The translations under genes were made by a program, and so were the position numbers. Positions 43,574 through 59,800 of a stretch of 64,000 bases of DNA are shown here, one piece after another. The notes under the pieces were generated by a model. It searched no databases. It saw only the letters and a program-made list of their open reading frames with translations, and was not told the origin of the DNA. Origin of the DNA: the human T2T-CHM13v2.0 reference genome, Homo sapiens. The stretch is taken from the NCBI RefSeq assembly GCF_009914755.1, contig NC_060942.1; one strand, 5' to 3'. Each line of letters begins with the position of its first letter. The stretch's first letter is position 1.

Positions 43574-43854
43574 TTGATTTATTTTATTTTATTTTTTGAG
43601 ACAGAGTCTCTCTCTGTCACCCAGGCTGGAGTGCAGTGGCATGATCTTGGTTCACTGCAACCTCCTGCCTCAGCCTCCCAAGTAGCCAGGATTACAGGTG
43701 TAGGCCACGATGACTGGGTAATTTTTGTATTTTTCATAGAGACGGGGTTTCCCCATGTTGGCCAGGCTGGCCTCAAACTCCTGACCAGAAAGGATCCACC
43801 CACCTCAGCCTCCCAAAGTGCTAGGATTACAGGCATGAGCCACTGCACCTGGCT
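43574..43854 (-). mobile_element. AluS with an internal deletion of about 25 bp
   Basis: Antisense dimer; 15-bp TSD taactttacaattta at 43559-43573 and 43856-43870. Confidence 0.95.
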
Positions 43855-44294
43855 ATAACTTTACAATTTAAAAAACACTTTCTTTCCTGTCTTTCCCCTC
43901 ATTTGATCTTCAAAATGAACTTAAGACTTCTTCAAAGTGACTCAGCCAAAAAGTAGTAAAACCTAAACTTGAACTCAAGTGTCTTGCGACCTGAGAACCG
44001 TTTCCCTTCTCCACCTGGGCACATTACTCTCCCTCTACGGCCAACAACTACATGCTTACTGGCTCCTACCTCCCCACTCGGGCTTATTTATCTTTTCTCA
44101 AGTTCTTCAAGATCCCTGCTATCCATTCCTAAAACCTTGCTTAAATCTCACCATTTCTACAAAGGGCTCTTTAATTAGTCTAGCTTATCTGTCACTTCAG
44201 ACAGCCCAGGACTTAACATATGTAGAGCAGGTCCTTATTTAGAAGTTTGGCATTAGACTATTAGAGGTTAATGAAGCTTTGACATGATTTGGTG

Positions 44295-44765
44295 TGGTGG
44301 CTTTCAAACTTTTTTGCTCAATAACTCCCTGAGAGTGTCAAGAAATGTCTAATCCTTTGCACATTTTATGTTGACAGCTACAACTTTTTAATTGCAAAAT
44401 ATATTTTCACAGTATCTTGAGGAGATTGTGAATATTGATGTTTAAAAATAAAACTTATGGCTCTTTCTAATATATTCAGTAGAATATTTAACTATTTCAT
44501 ATCCATCATCATCAATTTTTAATAAATACCTGAACAAACTTCCCATTAAAAATCAGAAATCTTAAATCCTTTATTATTTTCTTTGAAGTGGAAATTTCTA
44601 CCCTCACAGTTTTAGGGAAGGAGTTCATTAGCAAATTTAGCACCCAGAAATCAATTCCTTTAAAATACCTAGGTCTTAAACTGTTTGTGCTTCTAAAACT
44701 ACCTATTCCTTGAAACTTTTAATATACTCCTGTTTGAAGAGGGTTACCTATTTTGAAGACCACTG
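44295..44765. mobile_element. hAT-Charlie-like DNA transposon fossil
   Basis: TIR-like ends ggtggctttcaaact / tttgaagaccactg. Confidence 0.55.
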
Positions 44766-44909
44766 ATTAAGTCTAACATATTTTGTGTAATTTCTCAACA
44801 CCATCCTTTTGTATTTGATATTTTCCTGCAAGGAGAGTGAAAATAAATGCTGTTTCATTTAGAATTTTTCCATTGCTTAGTACAAATATCTGTATATAAA
44901 TGTAGGAAC

Positions 44910-45240
<331 letters not shown>

Positions 45241-45466
45241 TCAGGCTCTGGGCTGGATGCTGGGTAGGTTAGTTTACATCTCATTATCCTAGTTATGTAA
45301 GAGAGTACTGTTGTCATCACTTTTCTAATCACAGTTTATCTTTACACAAAATTGTGTTATTTGTGAATTAGCTTCTATATGACTTTTCTTTTAACTGTAA
45401 TAATTTTATTTTTTAAATTTTTATCTGTTTACAGTTTTTTTAAAAGTCCATTTAATCTCTCAGTCT

Positions 45467-46565
45467 TGTTTTTTTGTTTTTTTTTTTTAAATTTCAATAG
45501 GTTTTGGAGGAGCAAGTGTTGTTTGGTTACATGAATAAGTCCTTTAGTCGTGATTTCTGAGATTTTGGTTCACCCATCACCCTACCAGTGCACACTGTAC
45601 CCAGTGTGCAATCTTTTATCCCTCACCCCTCTCCCACCCTTTCCCCTGAATCCTGAATGTCCATTGTATCATTCTTATGCTTTTGAGACATCATAGCTTA
45701 GTTCCCACGTATGAGTGAGAACATACGATGTTTGGTTTTCTATTCCTGAGTTACTTCACTTAGAATAATGGTCTCCAGTTCCATCCAGATTTCTGTAAAT
45801 GCCAATATTTCATTCCTTTTTATGGCTGAGTAGTACTCCATGGTGTGTATATATACCACAATTTCTTTATCCAGTCATTGATTGATGGGCATTTCGGCTG
45901 ATTCCATATTTTTGCAATTGCTAATTGTGCTGCTATAAATATGGGTGTGCAAGTATCTTATTCATATAATGACTTGTTTTCCTCTGGGTAGATACCCTAT
46001 ATTGGGATTGCTGGATTAAGTGGTAGTTCTACTCTTAGTTTTTTAAGGAATCTTCACACTGTTTTGCATAGTGGTTGTACTAGTTTACATTCCCAACAAT
46101 GGTGTAAAAGCGTTCCCTTTTCATAACATCCACGACAACATCTATTATTTTTTGATCATGGCCATTCTTGCAGGAGCAAGGTGGTGTCGCATTGTGGTTT
46201 TGATTTGCCTTTCCCTGATAATTAGCGATGTTGACCATTTTTTTCATATGTTTGTTGGCCATTTGTATATCTCCTTTTGAAAATTGTCTATTCATGTCCT
46301 TAGCCAGTCTTTTGATGGGATTGTTTGTTCTTACTGATTTGTTTGAGTTCCTTGTAGTTTCTGGATATTTGTCCTTTGTCAGATGTGTAGATTGTGAAGA
46401 TTTTCTCCCACTTTGTGGGTTGTCTGTTTACTCTGCTGGTGGTTTCTTTTGCTGTGTAGAAGCTTTTTCATTTAATTAACTCCCATCTATTTATCTTTGT
46501 TTTTGTTGCATTTGCTTTTGGGTTCTTGGTCATGAAGTCTTTCCCTAAGCCAATGTCTAGAAGGG
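45467..46565 (-). mobile_element. L1PB 3' segment (ORF2 end, 3'UTR, poly(A))
   Basis: Minus-strand peptides FSKGDIQMANKHMKK and [27 protein letters not shown]; L1PB-type 3'UTR. Confidence 0.92.
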
Positions 46566-49013
<2,448 letters not shown>

Positions 49014-50752
49014 AACTGTGATAATTTTATTTGAAAATTGTTACTACTATCACTAGAAAAAGAGGAAAGAATTAGGGGAAAAAAGGGATTTGAAAAGCTG
49101 TGGCAGAGTAGAAACATATTTTTCAAAGAAATCTTGGGAACTGAAGGGCCTTAGGACTGCTCATTTGGATCGTTAAAAGACAGGAAGTTGAACTATATGG
49201 AAAGGGGTTCTGGAGTGTATTTCTGGCATGAGCTCAACCTGGGCTGAACGGCACTATGGGGAGGGACTTTTGCATGATTTCTCCTCAACTTTCCCAATGA
49301 AGATAAATAAAATTTATGCAAACATTTTAAATATTTAAGTGTTTTAGAACCTGGCCTGTTCTTTGAGCATTTTGAATAAAGGACTAGATATGGGAAGGGA
49401 AGACTGCAATGCTTCTTAGTAAATTCTATTTATGAGCGATTTTGGGAAGTTTCTAGCAGGCAAGGAATAGTGTATCAGAATGAATGATATAGTACCTCAT
49501 AGAAACAATTTAAAATGTGTAGAATGTCCTTGATATTTTTTTTCCTTTCTTGTTCTTAGCCTATTTTATTTTAACTGCTATAAAAATATTTTAAAGGTAA
49601 ACATGGATTTGCTTTTAACTTTTATCCCATTAACCTATTTTTTTTTTTCCTCAGAGGTCTTAAGTTCCTTGATGGTAATTTTGCCAACCACAGGGATTTT
49701 CAAGACCTTTCTTATTTGAATTGGGATGTCTTAATTAAATTTAAATTTATCAGTTTAAATCTTGCTCTCCTGTTTGAAAACAATTAGATGTCTAAATGAC
49801 CCTCTGTCTTATGTGTACTCTTTTTGATCAGTCATGTGTAATATTAACCTATTATAATGTTAACCTGCTGGAAGCTGTTACATGTATTGTCATGTTTGTT
49901 TATGTGGCATTTAGAATGCATTGCTACCATTAAATATTTACTCTTTATGGCATCCTATTGAATGAGAGAATAATTATTATCCTCATTTTGAGATAAGGCC
50001 ATTAAGATACAATATTTAATGAACTTTAATTGCTAATGTAGTTAGAGGCATAGATAGTGAGTTCTAACCTTCCTCCTGAAGCATTCTGTGAAAACCCATA
50101 ATGTAGTGAAACCCCAGTTATCCACATTGATGGGAGGAAAGAATGACACTGATGCGTAATTGAAAAGCCATACTTAGTTTTGTAACGTATCTTATACTTT
50201 TTTGAACATAGGTGAATCTTTTATGGGAGTTACACTTTACATATATTGAAATCACATGTCAAAGACGAAGCTGAAGGACTCTGAAGATTAATGAGAAGCC
50301 TAGATTAGGCTAGTGTTACGTTGTGCCCTTGGGTAAGCTATGTATCCCTCTGGGTTGCAGAATTCTCTTGCATAAAATAAAAGGCAGGAGCTATTCTGAC
50401 TTTAAAACTTCTTTTGGTCCAAATAGTCTTCTGCTCCTGAAGGGAAATACAAAGCATTTCAGGAAATTCATCTCCTTCATCACCTTCCGATTTTCTTCTC
50501 CATGCAGGGATGGCTGCTGTCTTGTTTTATATCAGCACACTTCAGTGGAGATCCTTCTGCATTTTTATTCCAACCCACAAATGAGGCATTATTAGAATGT
50601 TTTAAGGTATTATTTATGACATTACCTTATAGGTCTTTTGGTTCATTCTTTCATTGGGTCTCTTCTGCTCATTTTATAATTGTGGAATTATGCTGGCACA
50701 TCTGTAGTAAATTCCATTTTGCTCTCTCATTAGCTTTTTGACTTTGGGCAAG

Positions 50753-51191
50753 TGTCGTAAGTCATTTCCCGAGGCAGCAGACTCCGAGGCAGATTTGTGT
50801 GCAGGGGTATTCTTAGGATCAATATCTATCTTAAGGGGAGTGAAACAGGATTAGGCAGAGGGGGAAGTTGAATTGTGTTTTAGTTACATAGAAGGCCTCA
50901 GTTGATTTGGGGGAACTCTGGAGCTGGGATGACCCTTCAGACTTGTCCTGAATTAGGGATCAGGGCTCAACTTTAATATCCCCTTGTCAGTCAGTCATTG
51001 GATTGGAAAAGGGTTGGGAGGCCTAGGAAGGGGATGTAACTTTGGATAAGGCAGCTTTCCTTATCCTAGGGCAAAGCCCACAGAGGGATTCCACTGAGAC
51101 TTGTCAGCCACAGACACAAGAACTTAGGGAAGTGGGGACTTCAGTCATGATGGGGAGGAGATGGGCAACCTTGCCAGCTTCCTCTGCAGCA
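50753..51191 (-). mobile_element. LTR16-like ERVL solo LTR
   Basis: gcagactccgag..gtgcagg; caggattaggcagagggggaagttga; ctctggagctgggatgacccttcag; cagtcattggat. Confidence 0.75.
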
Positions 51192-51354
51192 TGCTACTAA
51201 ATTACGTGTGTCCCAGTTCTCTTTCTATTTTAACAAATGGAGAGAGGAAGAAACTGTCATTTATTTAACACCTTTTTAATTCCAACTCCATACATATCTC
51301 TTGTTACCCTGAAAGACATTTTTGTCCAACACTTAGCACAATATGAGGCATGTT

Positions 51355-51660
51355 AATAATAGCTGATCATTGACCATTTACTGTTTGCCAGACATTTTGC
51401 TGTATACTTGACGTGTATTATTTACTCTCTTAGTCCTATCAAATAAGTACCATTGCTATTCTCATTTATCAGATGAAGAAACTGAAGCTTTGCTTAGTAC
51501 CACTGAATATATTTACTAAAGATTTCTAAAATTGGATTAAACTTTGTGCAGACAATAAATTGAGGGCATAGGTTAAATTTTTTAAAAAGATTACACTGCT
51601 AAAAAGTACGAAGCCTGGACTGAAACACCTGTGTTCTAACTCTAAAGCAGCATATTTTCA
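51355..51660 (-). mobile_element. MIR (split)
   Basis: ccatttactgtttgccagacat...ctcatttatcagatgaagaaactgaagct. Confidence 0.65.
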
Positions 51661-52862
51661 CCATTCCACATATTTTTGTGTGTTATAAAGAAGATTCAGA
51701 ACTGCTGCTACAGAGAAGAGAGGAGGGGATGCCAGCAAGTACCAGGTCACCTGTGAATACGGACATCTATTGAAGCTTTCATTTAGGAATGTGCTGTTGC
51801 TATGGATATGCATAGACATAAAAAATTCACATATCTGGGCTTTAGGAATGGCTTTCTCTTTGGTATGAGATACACTAGAGATAATTAATTTTTTCCCACA
51901 GTGAGTCTTTAGAAATACTACAATGCTGGCCAAGGTACATGATCTACGTGCCATTACATGGAAAATGCCACATTTATGTGCATTTGTGGTTTTTGTTTTT
52001 GTTGCTGTTTTCCCTAGGAAAAGGATGCACAGATTCCATGAAGTTCTCAAAAGAAGGCCATTAAATAAAAATGGATAAGAACCACTGCAGGAGTTTGTTG
52101 AAATAATTGCTTACCTGTTATTATGACTTTTTAAAACAATATAGTTACAGATTAGTTCAGCCACAACACTGCACCACTAAATGGAAGCCTCAATTCTGCC
52201 TAAGGGATATTGCAATTCTATGAACTTGTATTTCAATTTTTATATTGTTCTGGTGCTGTTTGGTTTTTATTTTGTTGTAGTGTACTTTGTGAAAATGATC
52301 CCCCAAGTACTCCCTGTGCTTTTTAATCATGCATATTTTATTTAATGAATAGGTTAATATAGGTTGAGATTGATTTTATAATGAATTTATTTCCTAGATT
52401 TTAAGAGAAGAAAGTGAAGCCAAATTTCAAATGTTTTATTAGCAAGCTTACGACAATGCCACAGAATTGCAATTAATAACAAAACTAGTGGTAGTTGCAA
52501 GTTATGTTAAAAAGTAGCAACAATGACAAGCCATTTGCAAAGATAAGCAATAGCAAAAGAACAGATATTCTTACCATTCACAAATAGTTATCAGATTGTG
52601 TTGCTGAAATGCTGCTGTGGCCATAGAGATTGCATTTCTGTTTGATTTCCTTTGTGTTTCCAACCTGGCCATCCTGGCACTTGGAATGAATCTGGCCTTC
52701 CTATCTGGCTCCTTACTCTCTTCTCTGACTTGTTTGTTCTCAGTGCACTAACTCAGCGTCCCATGTTCCTTACCACCACCTCTCACTTGTATTTTTATCT
52801 TTGAAAATCATCCTGGTTGCAGATGCCACTGGACTTACATCACCATTACATCTGTGTTTAGA

Positions 52863-53042
52863 CAGTGACTCTTCACTTAAGCTATGTACTCAAATCACTT
52901 GCAGAATGTTTTTAAAATGTGAGTATCTGAGCATTTAGGTAGTCTTCCTATTCAGAAAGCCAGGGGTGGGATTCAGGCATCTGTATTCTTTTTAAAACTT
53001 CATATGTAATTTTGATGTGTAGCCAGAGTAGAGAGACCCAGT
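52863..53042. mobile_element. MER5-like hAT-Charlie element
   Basis: cagtgactcttca..aatcacttg..; ggggtgggattcaggcatctgtatt..; tgatgtgtagccag. Confidence 0.65.
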
Positions 53043-53254
53043 AGAATCTAGAATCTTTTACAGTTATTTTAAATTGAGTATTTTATGGTAGCTGTAGTCA
53101 TTAAACTACCTTAATGCACAAATTATACCTTTTCTTTACATTTTCAAATGGAAGAGATAACGGGAACTAATCAGAGTGAATACATGACATTTATACTACT
53201 TTCAGAACTAATTCTTTAGGTAGTTCAGCCTTTTTATTGTGATTTTGTTATTTG

Positions 53255-53690
53255 GGAACCAGAGCTTGGTTTCGAATCTTGGTATCACCACATCACAGCT
53301 GTGTGGCCTTGAATACTTTGTGGCTCGATTTCCTTAACTAAGACACAGGAATAGTATATAACAGTAGCTCCTACCTCACAGTTATTGTAAGGATTAAGTA
53401 AATCAATGCATGAAAAAAATGCCTGACATATAAGTACTTATAAATGTTAGTTTCTGTTGTTGTTGTTGTTAAATGTGTTTGTAGAAGAATAAGGAAAGGA
53501 AATAGCTCTTTAAAATCTGTATATAGTTTTTATCTTCGTAAGAACCCTGTGAGGTAGATAGTATTATCACCATTTTGTATATAAGTGAACTGATATTCTT
53601 AAAAAATCAAGTAAATTCCTTAAAGTTATCTGTCCTATAAACACTCTGAATCCAGATGCATTTTTCCCCCAAAGCTCATGCTGTTCTTTT
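53255..53690. mobile_element. Two MIRs in opposite orientation
   Basis: ctgtgtggccttgaa..cctacctcacagttattgtaaggattaa (+); accctgtgaggtagatagtattatcaccattttg (-). Confidence 0.7.
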
Positions 53691-54444
53691 CTGTAACATA
53701 TACTGATTTTCACTGTTTGTGGTAAAATACATTAGTTCTCAGAGGATTTGTGTAAAAATATACTTTTCTTTGGCCACATTATCATACACATTTTATATGT
53801 TTAAATATAACACTAAATATTTTTGTAATTATTTATGTTTGGATGAATTTCTGTATGTTTATTACCTTATTTCTCATTTCAACCACATCAGCATACTAAG
53901 TTCAGATTGGATGGAAGTTTTGGCTACTCATTTTGCTCTTACTTGTAAATAATATATGTTGTATAACAGCTTTATCATTTTTAACTGCGATCTGACACTT
54001 ACATTATAGACCCTGCCTGTCTTGATGATGTAATCTCATCCTACTTCTCCAAAAATAACTTTAATTTGCAACCATTTTTTGTTAAGCCACTACACTAAGG
54101 ACTTTGAATTTCTCTTCCAGAAAACAAGTAATTCACACAAAGCTATTTCTAAGGCCATTTCCATCTGAAATTATAGACCTCTATGAAATTAATGTGATGT
54201 ATTATTTTAACTGTAGAGTGCTTGTATTTATTTTGCCACTTGAACTTGCCTATCTCACTTTAATTGTTCTATACCAGTTGTTCTGTCTGCTTTTATACAT
54301 TCCAGTAGTCCATAGCTATGCTATGTGCTTGAAGCTGAGCATCTTTAAAGTATTTTTCTGCTGTCTGTCCTTTACATAACTCATTTTCCACACATGTTCA
54401 GCTTCATATACTTGTGTTATGTTGAATATAATTGTACTATAGGC

Positions 54445-54684
54445 CACAGATCAGCAAACCATAACTGTATGTCAAACGTGGCCCCATTCCCATTTTTTTT
54501 TGCAAATAAAGTTTTATTGGAACACAGCCATACCCATGTGTTTACGTATTATTAATGGTTGTTTCATGCTAAAACAGCAGAGTCAAGTAGTTGCTATAGA
54601 AATCGTATGGCCTGCAAAGCCAGAAATATTCACTGTCTGGCTTTTTACAAAAGGAAAAAGACAACAGAAAACTACCAATCCCTA
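54445..54684 (+). mobile_element. MER58A-like hAT element
   Basis: aaataaagttttattggaacacagcca...gtatggcctgcaaagcc.aaatatt.actgtctggc. Confidence 0.85.
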
Positions 54685-55899
54685 CTGTACATCATTTGAA
54701 AAGTCTGTTAATGGTCGTTTCTTGACATTTAATATGCAAAAGGGCTTTGAGGTGACTTTGATGAAGAAGATACTTCAGTAGTTAAATATAACATCCGTGG
54801 TAGTAACATTTAGATAGTTTTAGTTTAGTTTAGATGAGATTACATCATCAAGATAGGGTCTGTAATGCAAGTAGAGATCACAGTTAAAAATTATAAAGCT
54901 GTTATACAACATACAATATTTATAAGTAAAAGCAAAATGAGAACTGTACCCTTATAGGAATTTAAGTAGTATGAAGGCTTTATAATAATTTTTTGGTCTA
55001 GAATGTGATGCAGCATGGTACAAGACTCTTTCTGCCAGCCACCTAAAGTATATACTGGTTACTTTGATTCAATTTTTCATTTTAGTTCAGTTTTTTTGAT
55101 TCTTTGTCACTAGATTGCCTTTGTAGCCAATTTAATAACGGGTCACATTGTTTGCTGGTGACTTTTTTTTTTTCTGCATTAGGACATTGTGGTTCCTAAT
55201 TTTTAAATAAACTTGGCCTGTAGTTTTCTGACAGTCCTGCAGAGTGATGGCTTCATATTTGTATGTCTTAATATATAAGTGCATCAGGATCTCTGTAATT
55301 AAAGTATTGAAGTTTCTATAAGTTCAAACAATTTTTTATCAAGAAAGGACCATGAACATCTAGTGTTAATCCCTCTAAGAACTGCAGAGCTTTTGATGGT
55401 TCTCTTAAAAAGCCTTTCAGTAAGAGGTATATAGAAACATTTTGTGAACTTGTTTGTAGACCCCCTGCCATGTCCTTAGAAAACACAATTTTTAAGACTT
55501 TGTTGAATGGTAGGGAGTCCAAGTCTATTTTGTTTCTTTGCCCTTTAGCCTGTGTGTCAAACGGTAGGTGCTCATGGACTTCTTGTTGCTACCCAATTCA
55601 ACTGGACACTGCCAGACCCAAGTCCACTAGAGGACTCGAATGTTTGTGTGAAATCAATAAATGTATGGCTCTTTCCTTATACCTTTGGTTTTTAAATTAT
55701 ATTCTTCAAAACCCTGGGGTTAGATGGAGATGGCTCAGTGGCTACCTAGGCCCTTCGCACTACTTCAAGAACAGCAGAACTGATTTGTGCATGTGTGTTT
55801 TAGAAGTTGGTGTTTGACATCACATTGTATCTGCAAAAATAGGGGTAGATTCCTAAAAAATTGACAAAACTTTGAAAACTAGATGTTATATAGCCTTCA

Positions 55900-56690
55900 A
55901 AAACTCAATAATAGTCAAAATTCTTGGTTTTCCCATCTAAACCTATTCTACTTGTGGCCTTCCCTGTCTCAGTTGATGCTTATTCATTTTTTCCAGTTTC
56001 TTAGGTTCATCCCTAATTCCTCTTTTTCTCTGACATAACACATCTAATCTATCAAGTATATCTTATTGGGTCTACTTGAAAATATATCCCAAAGTCAGCT
56101 ATTTCTCACCACCTTTCCTGTTAGCATCAGGGTTGCCTACCTTCATTCTTACCCGGGTTCCTGCGAAGGCTTCCTGCCTCACCGTTTTTCCCTTCCAGCA
56201 TAGCAGTCGTGGTAGTGATTCTTTAAGAACCTAATGTGGATCACATCCATGTTTGGCTCAAAATTCTGCAAGGGTCTAAAAGCCAGAGTCCTCCCCATGC
56301 CCTGAAAAGCACTATGTGAACTCAGTTTTCTCCTACTTTTCACCTTGCTTACTCCAGTGCCCTGGCTGCTTCTCAGGCATACTAGTCACTCCTTCTGCTG
56401 GGACACTCTTTCCCCCAGATACCTGCTTGGTTAACTCCTTCACTTCTTTCAAGCAGTTGCTCAATTTTCAACTTCTCAATGAGACCTATCCAGATCACTC
56501 TATTTAATCCTGCAAACTGCTGCCTTTCCTCCCCCATATCCAGTCCCTTGTATATTGTTCTATACTTTCTTTTTTAAAGTATTTGTTGCCTTCCAACATC
56601 CTATATATAATTTACCTATTTACAGTAGTTATTCTACCAAGTCATGAATCTTTGTCTATTTTGTTGAGCAACGACTGAAGTAATGAGTGA
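55900..56690 (+). mobile_element. L2 fragment
   Basis: ttccctgtctcagttgatg; tttctcaccacct; taactccttcacttctttcaag..tgctcaa..ttctcaatgagacct. Confidence 0.7.
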
Positions 56691-56829
56691 AAACTAAAGT
56701 GCTTATACATAAAGCAGCCCTTGTAGTATCTTACATTTTAACTGAAACTTTCTCTTTGATTATGTAACTGCTGAGATTAGTTTGCTAATCTTTTTGAAAG
56801 TGTATTGTCTGTTAACTGGACACTCATGG

Positions 56830-59800
56830 TATGATATATTGTCCAATATAAAAAGTATACAAGTAGTCAAAGGAAAAAATATATGATTATTTCAACAGAA
56901 GTAAAAAATAAAAAAGACATTTTTAAAATTCAGTATCTTTTCCACATAAGGACTCTTAATAAACAATGAGTAGAATAACTTTCATTAGCATGATACAGAA
57001 TATTAAGCTGAAACTAAAAGCTACGTCATCCTTAGTCGGTTCACATTAGATATATTCTAACAAGTAGCATGTTAATGGTATTATTTAGCATGGACACTTT
57101 AGCAAATGTAGCAAAATAAGAGTTATAAATATTGAACAGCTTGTAATTGTATATTTGGAAAACCAAGGATATCCATATGTCAATCAGCAAGATAAATAAT
57201 CAAAAATGAATAACTTCTGTCTACTAGTGAACAAAGTAGAAAATGTAAAAAATCATCATTTTTTGAAAGACCCTTCTAACTAGTAAGACCATAAAAACCA
57301 GGAAGTAAAATACAACAAAAAAAAATTTTTAAAGGCTACAGGTAGGCATTTTGTCATAGGAGGAATGCAGATGACAATACAATTTCAACTTACCCAATTA
57401 CCAAAAGCATTAGGGGATAGGAAAAATTTGCTAGATACACTTGGATTTTTTTAAAAATTTTTTTTACAGTGAATAGATATTTGTGTGGTTAAAATAAATT
57501 AAAATGATGCTCAAATTTAATAGTAAAAAAAAAACTCAACAATTATGGCTACCAAATGAAATTGCATAGCTAAGAATACACTTCAGAAATACATTTTCCT
57601 GTTGTGATTATTACACATTGTATGACTGTATCAAAACATCACATGTACCCCTAAATATGTATATCTACCATGTACCCATAAAAATTAAAAATTAAAAATG
57701 AAGAGAAAAAAAGAATTACAGAATATACTACCGAGGGAACTAAAATAATATTTGAGTAAATGGTTTGCATTTCTTGGATGGGTGATTCCATATGGCAAAT
57801 ATCTCAGTTGCTCTCAAATTAATATACACATTGTACACAATCACAATCAAAATCTCATCATTCTTATAATAACTAGGCCAAATTATTCTAAAATGAATAT
57901 ACCAGAGATAAATGGAATATATGATTTATTTTGTTTTATTCAATAAACACATGTAGTGCTGACAATATACTGGTTACTATTTTGGGCACTTTATAAATAT
58001 TAACTCATATAATCCTCATTGTAACCTTTGAGGTAGATAATAGTAAATCAACTAGACAATATTATAAAATATAAAATACCAAAGCATTAACCTAACAAAA
58101 AATATGTAAGACTTATAGAAAAAAATTTAAAATCTTACTGAAAGAGATTTTGAAACACCTAGAGAGATATACATTTTTTGTGACTAGGAGTACTGAATAT
58201 TATAAAGATGTCAATTTTCATAAACTTATTGATAGATTAATACCATTCCAAACTAAACACCAGTTGAATATTTGTCATCGTTTTTGTTATTGAACTTGGC
58301 ATGCTGATTCTGAAATTTATATGAGAGAGCAATAGACTAAGAAAAGCCATGACACTCCTAAAGAAGATAAACAAGGTGGAGGGATTTCCCTTACCTTATG
58401 TCAAAAGCTGTTCTAAATTTATTGTAATTATTACATTGTTACCTTGGTGCAGGAGAGACCAGCAGACTCACAGAACAAAATAGGCAGCATAGAAATCATT
58501 CATACATGCATAGGAATTTGATTTTATATAGACCTAGCATTGTAGATCAGTGAAATAAAAGATTGCATTTTTAAATAAATGGTATATATACTATTAGCTA
58601 ACCACAAGAAAAAATAATGAAATTGGATCACCTAATGCCTGTCATTACCAAAAATCAATTCCATGTGGATTTACAGACAAAACCTTTCAAAAATTTTGAA
58701 AGATGATATAGGAAAATATGACCTTGGAATGGGGAAAGATTTCATAAATAGGTGACAGAATGCCAAACCAAGCCACTAAGAAGACTGACAAATTCAAGTA
58801 CATTAAACTTACAAACTTTTCTTCATCAAAAATACTTGAAAGAAAGTGAAAAATAAAGGTACAAAGAGAAACAAAAAGTGATTGTAACATAGGTCACTGA
58901 CAAGAGATGGTTAAATATCTTTATATTTAAAAAATAAGAAAAAGAGAAATCCGTAGCAGAAAATGGATAAGGGTTGAAAAAGTATTTCTCAGAAAGGAAA
59001 CAAGGATGGCCAGTACACTTATGAAAAGATGCTAAGCCCTATTGTCAAGGAAATGCAAATTAAAAGCACAATGTACTATAATATTTTACCTTCCAGACTG
59101 AAAACCTAAAGTCCAACATTATCAAGTTTTGTGGAGGACTTGGAACAACCAGAACTCTTTTATACTTATTATAAGAATGTAAATTGGTTTAGTCTCTTTG
59201 GAAAACAATTGAGTATATTATCTTGTGAGTCCACCCTTTTCTATATTTAGAGAAACCTTTTCACATGTAACCCAGGAAACATGTACAAGCATGTTCATAG
59301 CAAACAGTTTGAAATAACAAAAATTGGAATCAGCGCATGTGCATTAAGTATTGGACAAATATACTGAGCAAAAAAAGAAAATGGAAAAAGAATGAACTTT
59401 TATGAAGTTCAAAACCATGTAAAATGAAATAATTTATTATTAGGGATACAAACATATGTAGTAAGAAAAATGAAAGCTAGGGAATGATAACCACACAACT
59501 CAGAACAATGATTACTCTAAAGGGTGCTAAGAAAGGGGGTGAATTCAGGTAGAACTACCCAAGGGGCTTCATAAATATTGTAAGACATTGATATTTTTTA
59601 TGTTGTCACATAAAAATTATGCATCTTTACCTTTGTATTGTTGAGCCAAATAAAAGAAGGGCATAAAAATGTGTACACTTTGATTCAGTCTTGTAGTAAA
59701 TATTATGATTCAAGTATCTAAAATAGCAGTGACCAAGATTATAAAAATGTTTCTCTCAGTTACAATTAAGGAAAAAGAAAAGGGTAGAATGAATCTCGAA

